Source of the DNA: Candidatus Woesearchaeota archaeon
GTDB taxonomy: Archaea; Nanobdellota; Nanobdellia; Woesearchaeales; JAZDKJ01
Direction: 5' to 3'
Assembly (NCBI GenBank): GCA_043803105.1
Contig: JAZDKJ010000006.1
Location: forward strand, 208,673 to 272,672
Length of the DNA stretch: 64,000 bases
In this document: one piece after another, positions 44,936 through 55,002 of the stretch
How positions within the stretch are numbered: position 1 is the first letter of the stretch
Layout: every line of letters starts with the position of its first letter
Made by a program: the position numbers and the translations under genes
The notes under the pieces: generated by a model
The model's database searches: none
Seen by the model: the letters and a program-made list of their open reading frames with translations, nothing else
Told to the model about the DNA's origin: nothing

Positions 44936-45580
44936 TTATTTTACTTGTTTTTTTCTGTTTCTTATATAGTCAACAAGTAGGTAAATTGCCAGCGCAGAAA
45001 CAGCACCTACCCCAAACCACACCAAAAGGTACCCGGTGGACGGTGCAACACTTTGGATCATTGGCGCTACCTCAGCTGCCCGTGATGCTGTCTCGTTCAC
45101 AGCATCGCCTCCTGCAGCACTAGGAACTGTCATCAGCGGAGGAAGTGCCCTGTCTACAGCTTTCTGTGCAGCCATTGTGCCTGTTGTAAAACTCCTGGAA
45201 AAAAGTCCGATAAATGCAGCTCCAACTCCCAGAATCAGAACCACTGGAAGTATTGATTTCAGTTTCTCCTTGATGCCGTAGACGCTTCTTGGAGCGATGA
45301 TTATATACTTATTGGCTAGTCTATAATGGTTTACTTCCTTTCCCTTCTCACTATAATGAAATTCCTCTGATTTAACTAAGCCTCCTTCCACAAGTTGTTT
45401 TAGGTTGTAATGCACTGTGGAGATTGGGATCTGAAGCTTCCCAGAAAGTTCAGACTCAGTAGCGTCCTTCTCAGCTAGATAGTCCAGAATCTTCCGGCAA
45501 CTATCATTTGTTATGACCTGGGCAAGCTTTTTTGCCTTGTCATCTTGTAGGCTCACCAATACAAACTTTTCATTGGGCAT
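44936..45580 (-). CDS. ArsR-like wHTH fused to a two-TM membrane domain
   Basis: SCRKILDYLAEKDATESELSGKLQIPISTVHYNLKQLVEGGLV, then TM helices. Confidence 0.5.
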   Translation of the reverse strand: MPNEKFVLVSLQDDKAKKLAQVITNDSCRKILDYLAEKDATESELSGKLQIPISTVHYNLKQLVEGGLVKSEEFHYSEKGKEVNHYRLANKYIIIAPRSVYGIKEKLKSILPVVLILGVGAAFIGLFSRSFTTGTMAAQKAVDRALPPLMTVPSAAGGDAVNETASRAAEVAPMIQSVAPSTGYLLVWFGVGAVSALAIYLLVDYIRNRKKQVK

Positions 45581-45677
45581 AGAATAAGAATAGTGTCTTC
45601 CTTTATAAATACCTTTTGATGACTTTGAATGTGATTGCAGCTAAATCTTTAAAAAGAAATTAAGATTTACCTTTTTT

Positions 45678-46223
45678 GTGGATGTAATAAAAAATCCGAT
45701 GATTCTTGAAAGATCTTTCAAACATGAGTGTAGAAAACCAATCGTTTACGTCAGCCGTGACTGTAAATTTATGAACTTTTTCTATTCAATAATTAAGCAA
45801 GTAGATTCCACGATTCTTGGTCTATATGAATTCAAAGTCATCTATCTACATTTTAACCACTCAAGTGCAATGTTATCTTACGATGGGAATTGTATTGATA
45901 TAAAAGTTAAGGCAGACGACGAACGACGTGAAACAGAAACGCTTTTTGAGCTAAACGGAGAGGAAGGAAAAAAGAGGAACAACTGGCACAGCCTTATGGA
46001 CTATGTTAGTAATCTTCAAAGTTTCGGATTTGCCAAGATTATTGATCCTTATAATTCCCCCTTTCATTGTTTTGGTCATTTTGCTGGATGTTCAATTTCT
46101 GTTGCCGGATTCCGTGACCTTCAACATATAGTAAGAATATATTGTGAGGATGAGGAGCCCTTGTTAGCTGCTTACAAGCAGCTTTTCATGGCTGGCCTTC
46201 GCTGCAATCCTCATCCAACATAA
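45678..46223 (+). CDS. hypothetical protein (181 aa)
   Basis: ORF only. Confidence 0.3.
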   Translation: MDVIKNPMILERSFKHECRKPIVYVSRDCKFMNFFYSIIKQVDSTILGLYEFKVIYLHFNHSSAMLSYDGNCIDIKVKADDERRETETLFELNGEEGKKRNNWHSLMDYVSNLQSFGFAKIIDPYNSPFHCFGHFAGCSISVAGFRDLQHIVRIYCEDEEPLLAAYKQLFMAGLRCNPHPT

Positions 46224-46918
46224 TTCATCTGCTTCTTTTCCTGCATGTCCATTGCTTTCTGGCTGCTCTCCATTAGCCCTTTGAGCTTCTCTTCAAATTT
46301 CTCAGCTTGTTTTAGCAGTGGCTTGTAGTCAACCTTTAGTCCAAGGTATTTGTCCAAAACCTCAATTACCTTTGCTGCAGCCTTGCTATCAGGCAAGGCA
46401 GAGTGCGTTTCCGCAAAGAAGCATGTTGTCGGCCTGTCTGTCTTTAGCATTATTGCTGAGGTTACGCCCAGTATTATTCCTTCAGTCAAAGGCTTTACCT
46501 GTATTGCATCAAGCTTTTTTCTTAGCCCTGGATTGTTTGTGTATGAGAGTATGTTTGTCGTATCGCTCGGTGTTGATGTTCCTACTCCCTCGATGCATAT
46601 GAGCTCTTTTGCTTTGGTCCTGTTTGCCAGGTCAACTATAATGTCTGCTGCCTTCCACTCTATTCCGCTTGTGCCAGAGATGGAGTGGACAATCAAGATA
46701 TTGTTCTTCTTGTTATAGAATATCCCTATTGGATTGATTAGCTTCTGATCATGAATCGCTATTGATGCAGGCAATTCCTCAAACCAGTAGCGGCCGATGC
46801 AGGGGCAATCACAATGGTCTATGAGGAATTCTGTGACTATTGTTCCGATAAGCCCAAACCCTGGGAAACCTTCTATGATTGTTGGATTGACAGGCTTTTC
46901 CGTAAGCTTTATTTCCAT
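46211..46918 (-). CDS. PAC2-family protein (proteasome assembly chaperone-like)
   Basis: N-terminal IIEGFPGFGLIGTIVTEFLIDH, typical of archaeal PAC2/DUF75-like proteins. Confidence 0.5.
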   Translation of the reverse strand: MEIKLTEKPVNPTIIEGFPGFGLIGTIVTEFLIDHCDCPCIGRYWFEELPASIAIHDQKLINPIGIFYNKKNNILIVHSISGTSGIEWKAADIIVDLANRTKAKELICIEGVGTSTPSDTTNILSYTNNPGLRKKLDAIQVKPLTEGIILGVTSAIMLKTDRPTTCFFAETHSALPDSKAAAKVIEVLDKYLGLKVDYKPLLKQAEKFEEKLKGLMESSQKAMDMQEKKQMNYVG

Positions 46919-46957
46919 CTTTACACCTCAGTTCCTTCTAGTAAATCACTCTGATAA

Positions 46958-47425
46958 TTATATTTTTCCTTTTAACCTTCTCTCCATCTCCTTATCATCG
47001 CTAAGCCTTGAGTCAAGCTTGGCCCTGATCTTGCGTATCTCGATTAATACATCTTCTGCATATCTGCTTCCTATCCTGGGTACACCCTGCAACCCTTTTA
47101 TCAGTTGCTCGAAGTCCTTGAGTGATTTTATCCTCTCGTTCTCTAGCATCAATGCGTTGTATTTTATCTCCTCAAGGCTGAAGAAATCTGTCTTGAAGCG
47201 TTCTATGCCTCTAGCTATTAGGTGTTGGGTATCCGTGTATTCTTGGCTTGTTTTCGTTCGTCTGGGGTCTTTTTCTATTGGGGGGACTGGCTTTCTCAGT
47301 ATCTTTTCAAGCTCCCTGTTAACCTTGTCTGGCACATCCGCATTGTTTCTTATTGACCAGCTTTTCCTGCTTATCTCCCTTGCAAGCTTCCAATCAGGCC
47401 TACTGCTCCAAAAGCCGAATCTCAT
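46958..47425 (-). CDS. hypothetical protein (155 aa)
   Basis: ORF; charged, helical. Confidence 0.35.
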   Translation of the reverse strand: MRFGFWSSRPDWKLAREISRKSWSIRNNADVPDKVNRELEKILRKPVPPIEKDPRRTKTSQEYTDTQHLIARGIERFKTDFFSLEEIKYNALMLENERIKSLKDFEQLIKGLQGVPRIGSRYAEDVLIEIRKIRAKLDSRLSDDKEMERRLKGKI

Positions 47426-47665
47426 GCTGATTTTTCCATATTGTGCATTATTTAAATCTTGCCAAATTTCTCATGTGTATTAATGTGTATTAATACAAAC
47501 ATGCTACGTATGTAAGTATATTTATCGATAAAATATACAATAAAACTTAATTATACACACAAATACATCCAAATTTATTGCATTACATCGAAAGATTTAT
47601 AAGCAAATCGTGTGTATAAATAAATAATTACTCATATTTTGTTGCAAAAGTACATACAAATACAC

Positions 47666-47836
47666 AATGCCAAGGCATCATTCAGACAAGGAGAGGTACA
47701 ATTTTCTCATTGACAGGTCTGTCTACGATGATTTTTCCATGCTCTGCGAGGACCTTGGATTAGTGCGCTCAAAAAAGCTTGAGAACTATATGAAACAGTT
47801 TATTGAGGAGAATAAGCAGTTGTTGAAGAAGCTTAA
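47666..47836 (+). CDS. ribbon-helix-helix-like small protein (56 aa), below the ORF-track cutoff
   Basis: Hand translation MPRHHSDKERYNFLIDRSVYDDFSMLCEDLGLVRSKKLENYMKQFIEENKQFVEEA, a beta-strand plus two helices. It lies 6 nt upstream of the 667-aa gene, after an AT-rich promoter with the GTGTATTAAT direct repeat. Confidence 0.5.
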
Positions 47837-47842
47837 AGAAAA

Positions 47843-49846
47843 ATGAATCACAAACTTTCGCTCTCATTGATTGTTTGCTTAGCAATAATTCCCATTGCCT
47901 ATGCAGCCTTCCCATATCCCTGGTCTTCTAATTACTATAGTAGCTACCCTGGAACCTCTTACGGTTATTATCCAGGTACAGGCATTTATACTGCCTTTGG
48001 AGCTGTTGGCGAGCAGATTTTCGGAATCCTTACCAATACATATTCTGTTTATGCAGTGACTTTTGTGTTGTTCTTTATCCTGCTGTATTCAATCTTCTGT
48101 GTAGGTATCACCAAGGTCAAAGTTTTTTCTTCTGAAGGGAAGATTAGCAGGCAAGGTAAGATGGCAGCAATCGCCTTTGCAATGCTCGGTGACATGGGCA
48201 TTTTCTACTATGTATATAACAGCTATGATGCTGTGCAAAGGATTCTTGGCACAATGGGCTGGTTTGGTAGTCTTGCCTTTGCTGGAATGGTTTTTGCTAT
48301 TACCTATTATAATCTTAAGACCAATGACACTGGCAAGGTGCATAAGGGCCCTGCATGGTTTGCTGCTGGCCTGGCTTTGCTTGTTTACGGCATGTTCACC
48401 AATAGTCCTGGTGCAGCTACGTGGGGCACAATAATCCTCATAGTTACCGCAATCTGGGCTGGCATTAGCAGCTTTGGCGGTGGCGGGCAAAGAGGTGAGA
48501 ACGAGCGTTTGCGCGACTTGAGGGAGCGCGACCATGAAGAGCGCGAGCGTGCAGGGCGAAGGACTGCTGAAGAGCGTGCTCTGACGCCAAGCAGGGTTAC
48601 CGGGCTCCAAGGTAACTTGCAAGGAGCTCCCCCGCAAGTACAACTTACTTGGACTGCTAATCCTGATGGCGAGAATATTTCGCATTATGAAATCCGCAGG
48701 AGGACTGCCAGTAATGCCACCGGTTCTTGGCTTAGGAGAGGCTTAGGCTCATTGGGAAGAACCTTTGTCTGGGGTGGATGGACCACACTTCCGTCCGTTA
48801 CAACTACAAACTACAATGACACATCAGTTTCCCCGGCCTATACTTATGAGTATTGCGTCCGTGCAGTCAACACCTCAGGCAGGCATGGACCATGGAGCTT
48901 CAATTGGCCTACCACAGCAGTTGCTGCGGCCGCGGGACCAGGGAGGATTCGAGGTCATGTTGTCTTCCATGATGGCCGGCAGCCTGTTCCGAGGAATCTC
49001 ACCAATATCAACATTACAGTCCTTGGCCATACCACTCCTGTCAATAATCAGGGCCGTTTTGACATACAAAATCTTGGTGCAGCTGTTGCCTACAATGTAG
49101 TCATAACTGACCCTACCAATACTTACACTCAAAGGACTATCCAGAACGTGCCTCCTGGTATGGATGCAGACTTTGGCGATATTGTGCTTCAACCAAGGCC
49201 TGGTGCCATGGCGCAACTTATTGTTGTTATTCAAAATGCTGCCGGTGCTCCATATAATCCTCCTGTCACGATCGCTGCTCTCGGCGCCTTGGGAGCCCCC
49301 CAGGTATTTCCCGTTGCTGTTGGTTCACCGATGCATTTGGGTGCCGGCAGGTATTCGTTTCCTGTTAGGGCAGGCTTTTTTTATAGTGCCTGGGCTACAG
49401 ACCTTGCCACAGGTGCAGACTCCGGTCATGACAGGACCAATGGTATCCTTCTCAGAATGCCTCAAGCTCAGATTCCTAATCCGCTCCAGATGGCAGTTCC
49501 TGGAGGGCTGGCCGTGGTCAATGGGACTGTCCAGTCTAGCGCCTTTCCAAATGCTCATGTCGGCAATGGTGGTGTGGTCACAATTGGGGCCAGTCCACCA
49601 GTTAGAACTAATGCTATGGGACAATATGCAACAGGCCCAGTAAACATAGGCCCTAACAGAGTTCAAGTGCATAATCTTTTCGGTCTCTACCAAGACTATG
49701 ACACCGCCCCAAATCCGGGCATCGTGACTGTGGCAGGGCCAAATCCCTTCCCTATTTTTGTTAATCCAATGGTGCAGGTGCCAGGTCCAGTTAACGCTAC
49801 CATAACAGGTCCTGGAGTTGCAGCCTATAACTTGATATTTCCATGA
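47843..49846 (+). CDS. multi-TM membrane protein with a charged linker and FN3-like / beta-sandwich extramembrane domains
   Basis: Signal plus 4-5 TM helices, an RGENERLRDLRERDHEERERAGRR linker, then an FN3-like segment (PPQVQLTWTANPDG...YEIRRR...YTYEYCVRAVNTSG). The 3' two-thirds of the gene is noticeably GC-richer than its surroundings. Confidence 0.6.
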   Translation: MNHKLSLSLIVCLAIIPIAYAAFPYPWSSNYYSSYPGTSYGYYPGTGIYTAFGAVGEQIFGILTNTYSVYAVTFVLFFILLYSIFCVGITKVKVFSSEGKISRQGKMAAIAFAMLGDMGIFYYVYNSYDAVQRILGTMGWFGSLAFAGMVFAITYYNLKTNDTGKVHKGPAWFAAGLALLVYGMFTNSPGAATWGTIILIVTAIWAGISSFGGGGQRGENERLRDLRERDHEERERAGRRTAEERALTPSRVTGLQGNLQGAPPQVQLTWTANPDGENISHYEIRRRTASNATGSWLRRGLGSLGRTFVWGGWTTLPSVTTTNYNDTSVSPAYTYEYCVRAVNTSGRHGPWSFNWPTTAVAAAAGPGRIRGHVVFHDGRQPVPRNLTNINITVLGHTTPVNNQGRFDIQNLGAAVAYNVVITDPTNTYTQRTIQNVPPGMDADFGDIVLQPRPGAMAQLIVVIQNAAGAPYNPPVTIAALGALGAPQVFPVAVGSPMHLGAGRYSFPVRAGFFYSAWATDLATGADSGHDRTNGILLRMPQAQIPNPLQMAVPGGLAVVNGTVQSSAFPNAHVGNGGVVTIGASPPVRTNAMGQYATGPVNIGPNRVQVHNLFGLYQDYDTAPNPGIVTVAGPNPFPIFVNPMVQVPGPVNATITGPGVAAYNLIFP

Positions 49847-51294
49847 CAACAGAAAAAGAACAAGCAATCGTTGAAGAGCTGAAAGATAAATTGTCCCAGG
49901 AGCTCGAAGAACAAAGACAGGAACTAGAGGAAAATCTTTCCAAGCTTGCTTCTGAATTTGAGCAATCCAAAAAGGCCATGTTTGAGGAAGAGCAGTCAAA
50001 GCTCAAGCATTCTCTCAAAATGCAAAAGAAGTATTCTTCAGCCAAGGATTTTAATGCTGAGCATCCTGAACTTGTTGGAAAGCAATTAATCGCCCATTTT
50101 GTCTTGCTGTTGCCAGGAGAATTGAAACCATTTATCGCTCCAGAACAAAATACCCCCATTAGCAAGCTTGCAGGCAGGTTAGTTCACGTTGAGCCGATAT
50201 CCTCACAGGAAAAGGTTCATTTGGAGTTGGATATCAAGCAACAGAAAATTGTGGACTGGATCAAAGACAGGATGGTTTCCGTCTTGAAAACAAATCAGTG
50301 TTTCATAGGTTTATTCTTGACTCCTGGAGGGGTCAGTATGCAGGATTCGAACTTTACAGCCAAAATACAGCTCACAAGTCAGTTGTTGTGGCCAGAATGC
50401 GATGAGGAAGAACTGCCGCTGTGCAACTTGAACCCGGACAGAAGCCTGTCCTTGTCAGTCAAAGGCAGAAAGCCTGAAGAGGGGAAAGACAAGCCAAAAG
50501 AGGAGCGGGAGGAACTTCTCGAGCTTCAGGAAGAAATAAAGGATGATATCCAAAAAATATCAGAAGATGAAAAAGAAATCAAAAAAGAGCATGAAAAAGT
50601 CAAGGTAACCATTGATAATGAAATACCTTACAAGGATAAGATTATGAGAGACCTTCAAGCTATGAAAAAGATTTTGGAGGATGCAAAGGCTCAGGGCGGA
50701 ATCTTCAGGGAAAAAGAAGCAGCTAGGATAGTAACTGACAGATTAAACAAACTTAATGGGGAGATTCAGAAGCTTAATAATAAGTTCTTGCCGTGGCTAA
50801 TAAAAGCAGTCAATGAGGTTGAAGAAAATTTAATCTTTAAAGAAGACCAGCATGCAGAACTTTTGGCAAGAAGAATACAGGAACATTTCAATCTTCCCAA
50901 ATTTGTTGAGAATGATTCAAACGCACCTAGGATGTACCAGAATTGCCTGCAGTATGCTGAACAGCTAAAAAAATTGATAGCGAATCGCAATAACTCAATA
51001 AGAATCATTAAGCAGAGATATATACCCTACATCGAAAACAAATATAATAAAAGAAAAATCGAACAGGGCTTTATTAAGGGACTGATCACAGACCTAGAAA
51101 AAAATAAACTGGACACAGCCATAAACAAGATTACACAGCTTTTCAATGATTTTCATATGGTGCATGTGCACATAGATAGTATTAAGACTCATCTTAAACA
51201 AGTGGATGTATACACTGCACAAATTGACACACCAAAAATACTAGGTGATATCTTAAGGTATGTGACCGAAACTCAACCATCATTGAAACAGTAA
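49843..51294 (+). CDS. coiled-coil hypothetical protein (483 aa)
   Basis: E/K-rich heptads. Start overlaps the upstream stop by 4 nt. C-terminal RRIQEHFNLPKF...APRMYQNCLQYAEQL block shared with the next gene. Confidence 0.5.
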   Translation: MTTEKEQAIVEELKDKLSQELEEQRQELEENLSKLASEFEQSKKAMFEEEQSKLKHSLKMQKKYSSAKDFNAEHPELVGKQLIAHFVLLLPGELKPFIAPEQNTPISKLAGRLVHVEPISSQEKVHLELDIKQQKIVDWIKDRMVSVLKTNQCFIGLFLTPGGVSMQDSNFTAKIQLTSQLLWPECDEEELPLCNLNPDRSLSLSVKGRKPEEGKDKPKEEREELLELQEEIKDDIQKISEDEKEIKKEHEKVKVTIDNEIPYKDKIMRDLQAMKKILEDAKAQGGIFREKEAARIVTDRLNKLNGEIQKLNNKFLPWLIKAVNEVEENLIFKEDQHAELLARRIQEHFNLPKFVENDSNAPRMYQNCLQYAEQLKKLIANRNNSIRIIKQRYIPYIENKYNKRKIEQGFIKGLITDLEKNKLDTAINKITQLFNDFHMVHVHIDSIKTHLKQVDVYTAQIDTPKILGDILRYVTETQPSLKQ

Positions 51295-51298
51295 AAAG

Positions 51299-52291
51299 AT
51301 GAAGCATCAAAAAACATTAGATAAACAAGAACCCGGCTCAGTAACCATCCAGCTCAAGGAGCTGGACAACAACGAGCCATTGCAGGGTGTTGAGGTCACA
51401 ATAATCATTGGTCCTAATAGCTCTAAGCAGCGTTTCACTGATGATAGCGGTGTAGCTATGTTCTCCAATCTTCCATCTGGAAAGCTCGAGCTTAGCATTT
51501 CAGATTCAAACTTTATCTTTGACCACATGCAGTTTAGGGGGAAGAGCCATAAGGACACAAAGTTCACTTTGCAGCCTAATGAGAGCCTTAACATTCTTGT
51601 TTACATGAAGACAATCGTTATGCAGGAAGGCTTGGACGAGCTTCTTGCTTCAGAGGGCTCCTCAGGGCATGCAGAGCCAACAAGCGACACCGTATGGAGC
51701 TTTAGCCGTATGGTCTCAGGAAATGATGATGCAAGAAAGTCTATTGCCCTTGCCTGCCTTTCAGACATAAATAGTGAGCTAAAACAGTTATTGGCAGAGC
51801 CCACAAACCTAAAGCAGAAATTCAGCGAGACTGAGGCTTCGCTAACTTTCAAGGGTCATAAAGACCATAAGGAGATGGCGATAAGGATTCAGGAGCACCT
51901 GGGATTGCCAAAGTGGGAGCATGAGCATCCAAAAGCGCCAGCAATATGGGAGCTTTGCCTTAATGTTGCAAGAAAACTGCACCCCCTTGTGGTTGAGCGC
52001 GATAATCTTCGCCAGGTTGTGAGGACAAACATCGAGAAGATGGAAGAATACGCTCAGCTTATTTCTAGCCAACAGCAAGTTGCAAAAGTCTTGGACGAGC
52101 TCGAAAATTCAAGGACTGATAAGGCCTTGAATAGGCTTAGCCAATTGTCCGGACAGCTAAAGACTTTCAAGCTGATTGTTTCATCAACTAAGGCCAAAAT
52201 TTATGCGATTGGTGAATACACAAATCTTATTGACAGTAAGCAAAGGATTGCTTGGATTAAAGATAACGTAAGAAAACCTTTAGAGGTGTGA
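51299..52291 (+). CDS. hypothetical protein with N-terminal carboxypeptidase-regulatory-like beta-sandwich and C-terminal coiled coil (330 aa)
   Basis: N-terminal GVEVTIIIGPNSSKQRFTDDSGVAMFSNLPSGKLELSI and C-terminal IRIQEHLGLPKW...APAIWELCLNVARKL homologous to the upstream gene. Confidence 0.5.
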   Translation: MKHQKTLDKQEPGSVTIQLKELDNNEPLQGVEVTIIIGPNSSKQRFTDDSGVAMFSNLPSGKLELSISDSNFIFDHMQFRGKSHKDTKFTLQPNESLNILVYMKTIVMQEGLDELLASEGSSGHAEPTSDTVWSFSRMVSGNDDARKSIALACLSDINSELKQLLAEPTNLKQKFSETEASLTFKGHKDHKEMAIRIQEHLGLPKWEHEHPKAPAIWELCLNVARKLHPLVVERDNLRQVVRTNIEKMEEYAQLISSQQQVAKVLDELENSRTDKALNRLSQLSGQLKTFKLIVSSTKAKIYAIGEYTNLIDSKQRIAWIKDNVRKPLEV

Positions 52292-53322
52292 ATATGCCTG
52301 GAGAAAACAAGATAATCTGTGGTTCAAGATCGTTCTACAGGGTAAAGTTCCTGGCCAATTTTCTTCCCAGGATAATGTCTCTAGTGACGCAGGATGAGAG
52401 GGTGCAGGTAGACGAATTGATTAAGAGGATTATGCAGGTTGAGGGAGAACTGCACGAGGAATTGCATGGGGGCATCAAGATAGGTGCCGCAGACAAGGTT
52501 GTCAGTGTTGAGAAACATCTCGTAAAATTGTATAAGAAAGAGATTGAACAGCTTTATATCATTGACGAGGACAGCCTGAAGGTTGAAGGCGAAGAAATAA
52601 ACCATCTGAACTTGATTGGCAAATCATTGGATTCTGTGATGCAAAAGCTAAAAGACCCTGCCAAGCTCAGAGGTTGCAGGCATGCGCTCTATGACTTTAA
52701 TAAAGAGCAGGTTAGGCTTAACATGATAATTGGCTCAATGGGGGACAGCCAGAAGACTATGTGGGTCAGGCAGGGAAACCTTGTCCAGAAGTCCATAAAG
52801 AACTTCAGTGTTGCGACAGCTACTGATAAGGTCAGGGGGCTCGGAACCCAAATGGTCTTGTTTGGCAGGCAGATAAGGAAGCAGACACCAGTCTTCACGC
52901 AGGCAGCGCGAGAGATAGAGCACTTTGATAAAGAGCTTGAAGCATCTCTTGACAATCCAGAAAAGGTGAAAGATATTCTAGGAAGTATTACTAAATCAAT
53001 GTCAAAGTTTGAGGAATTCCTTAATGATCTTTTCAATGCGACAATAGGAATGAGAATAGCTACTCTCTATCTCTTGATGATTGTATTGCAGCACGAGGAA
53101 GAGGACGTAAAGGCGCTTGATGCCCTCTTAGGAACAGGTTTTTCCAAGGCAAAACATGATGCCATAATTGTAGAATACAACAAATTGGACAAAGAGGAAA
53201 AGAGTATTGAGCAGAAAGAGATGTGGCTTGAGGAGGAGGCCTACCGCCTGGTTCAGGACATCCTTGCATTGGAACAGCGATTGCTCGAGGACGAAGAAAT
53301 TGACCTTAAGCTGGCCACCTAA
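52288..53322 (+). CDS. coiled-coil hypothetical protein (344 aa)
   Basis: Start overlaps the upstream stop by 4 nt; helical, charged. Confidence 0.5.
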   Translation: MNMPGENKIICGSRSFYRVKFLANFLPRIMSLVTQDERVQVDELIKRIMQVEGELHEELHGGIKIGAADKVVSVEKHLVKLYKKEIEQLYIIDEDSLKVEGEEINHLNLIGKSLDSVMQKLKDPAKLRGCRHALYDFNKEQVRLNMIIGSMGDSQKTMWVRQGNLVQKSIKNFSVATATDKVRGLGTQMVLFGRQIRKQTPVFTQAAREIEHFDKELEASLDNPEKVKDILGSITKSMSKFEEFLNDLFNATIGMRIATLYLLMIVLQHEEEDVKALDALLGTGFSKAKHDAIIVEYNKLDKEEKSIEQKEMWLEEEAYRLVQDILALEQRLLEDEEIDLKLAT

Positions 53323-53579
53323 ACAATCTCAACCTTCTGGCCTACTGATTGGCCAGGCATTCCCTTTTCGAATAGAACCCTTACAGCGCCCTTGTTTCCG
53401 TGCGCTGACCTTATTTCTCCCTTTATCTCCTTCTGCGCAGGGCTTTTCCAGACAACATGCTTGCCCACAAGTTTTCCTGCCTTGTCTCTTGAGTCTATTT
53501 TCTCAACTATGACTATCATCTGGTTGTTTGTCTGCACATGCCTTCCGCGCTTGAAGTTTGCTATGACTCCTTTCATCAT
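53319..53579 (-). CDS. rpl35ae: ribosomal protein L35Ae
   Basis: GKLVGKHVVWKS...HGNKGAVRVLFEKGMPGQSVGQKVEI. Confidence 0.75.
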   Translation of the reverse strand: MMKGVIANFKRGRHVQTNNQMIVIVEKIDSRDKAGKLVGKHVVWKSPAQKEIKGEIRSAHGNKGAVRVLFEKGMPGQSVGQKVEIV

Positions 53580-53718
53580 TCACCAAAAACTTGGGGTGCT
53601 TTAAAAAGGTTTCGTCTTCTCCTCGATGGATTTCACCTTATCGAGCCCAACATAGCCTGCAGTGATTGCATTTGAAAGTCATTTAGTGCCCATAACTATT
53701 TCCTCATTAAAAGTTTTG

Positions 53719-55002
53719 CTAGAAGTAGCTGATGATCACAGGCAAAAGCAAACAACCCATTGATTGTGTTCTTGAGACCTTGGTAATTGCAGGTATTATG
53801 CCGATTGATGTGCTGATGACCAGAACGAGCACTCCAATCCAGCCTGTAACAAATGCAACAAGCATTGTTACGAAGCAGATTATACCTAACAGCAATTTCC
53901 TGTAGTTCACTTTGCCGATTATTCTGGAAAACATTTTTCCTATTTCTAAAGCCAAGACAACAGAAATCCCTGCAGAAATTAACATGGTTGCTATGCCTGC
54001 AAGCAAAGTTGTCGCATTGATAGTGGGCATCAACTTCTGTATTGCAACAATGCTTCCGTTCCTGGCTTTGCCTACGGCAATTAGAGTGGCCATCGAAATC
54101 ACAAAGTTTGCTGTCCCAATGCATCCTATGAGCATCATGAATCCTTCTTCCTTTAGCTTTCTTATGGCCTGCATTGACATTATTGCGGCTATTGACGAGC
54201 TCAAACCAGGGAATACTGCAGTGACAAAGCCTGACAATTGCCCGGAGACGAGTGCTTTAATCGTTGTTGCTTTGTCAATTCTTACCTCTTGCTGAATCTT
54301 CTGTGGAGCTATGCTTTGTGTTTTGTTCAAGGAAATTATCAAGGTCGAAATCCCAAACATTCCGGATAGCATTGGCAGCAATGGGTTCTCCAAATTTGGC
54401 ATATTTAGTGCAATCAAGCCTAAAAGCCCCGCAACACAAAATACAAACAAAGCCCATGTTCTCCTTTTTTCTGTAAGTATCATTATCGCAGCAACCCCAA
54501 TCAGGACAAATCCAATATATGGCTGAATGAAAACATATCCCTTGATAACAATCAGAAGCAATGGGAACAGCATTATGGAAATTATGATTGCCCCTAGGCT
54601 GCCCAACACAGACAATTTGAGTGCAACCATCCCTTCTCCTCTTAGTAGGAACCTGTGTCCAGGCAAAACGCCGAGAGCAGTTGCCTCTTGCGGAGCTCCA
54701 AGAAATATTGATGGGATCATGTCGAGGAATGTGTGCGTGACTGACAGAGCAATCAGGAAGATAACGACAAACAACGAATTTACATGCTGCAGTATCAAGG
54801 CAGAATAAGAAATGATCATTGCAGCAACAAGATTGATATGCAATCCTGGGGTAAGGCCTGTGATAACTCCACAAGCTATTCCAACTCCGATTGCAACCAA
54901 TATTTCTACAAGCATTTTGTGCGGCGTGGGCGGGACTTTCCAAGCTGATGCGAGCTTTTTTGAACTGTCAGAAATCGTAACGCGATTTCTGAGCATGCTC
55001 AA
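53719..55002 (-). CDS. TctA-like (DUF112) multi-pass membrane transporter family
   Basis: About 12 predicted TM helices with GLTPGLH and GAPQEATALGVLPGHR loops. Confidence 0.55.
   Translation of the reverse strand: MSMLRNRVTISDSSKKLASAWKVPPTPHKMLVEILVAIGVGIACGVITGLTPGLHINLVAAMIISYSALILQHVNSLFVVIFLIALSVTHTFLDMIPSIFLGAPQEATALGVLPGHRFLLRGEGMVALKLSVLGSLGAIIISIMLFPLLLIVIKGYVFIQPYIGFVLIGVAAIMILTEKRRTWALFVFCVAGLLGLIALNMPNLENPLLPMLSGMFGISTLIISLNKTQSIAPQKIQQEVRIDKATTIKALVSGQLSGFVTAVFPGLSSSIAAIMSMQAIRKLKEEGFMMLIGCIGTANFVISMATLIAVGKARNGSIVAIQKLMPTINATTLLAGIATMLISAGISVVLALEIGKMFSRIIGKVNYRKLLLGIICFVTMLVAFVTGWIGVLVLVISTSIGIIPAITKVSRTQSMGCLLLPVIISYF

Noticed and set aside
46797-47483. 228-aa plus-strand ORF spanning the PAC2-like and the 155-aa minus-strand genes
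   Set aside because: It is antisense to two better-supported minus-strand genes, Ser/Leu-rich and low-complexity.
53696-54943. Minus-strand alternative-frame ORFs (53696-54124, 54275-54943) within the TctA-like gene
   Set aside because: They are out of frame with the long hydrophobic 427-aa ORF, Cys/His/Arg-rich, and unlike real proteins.
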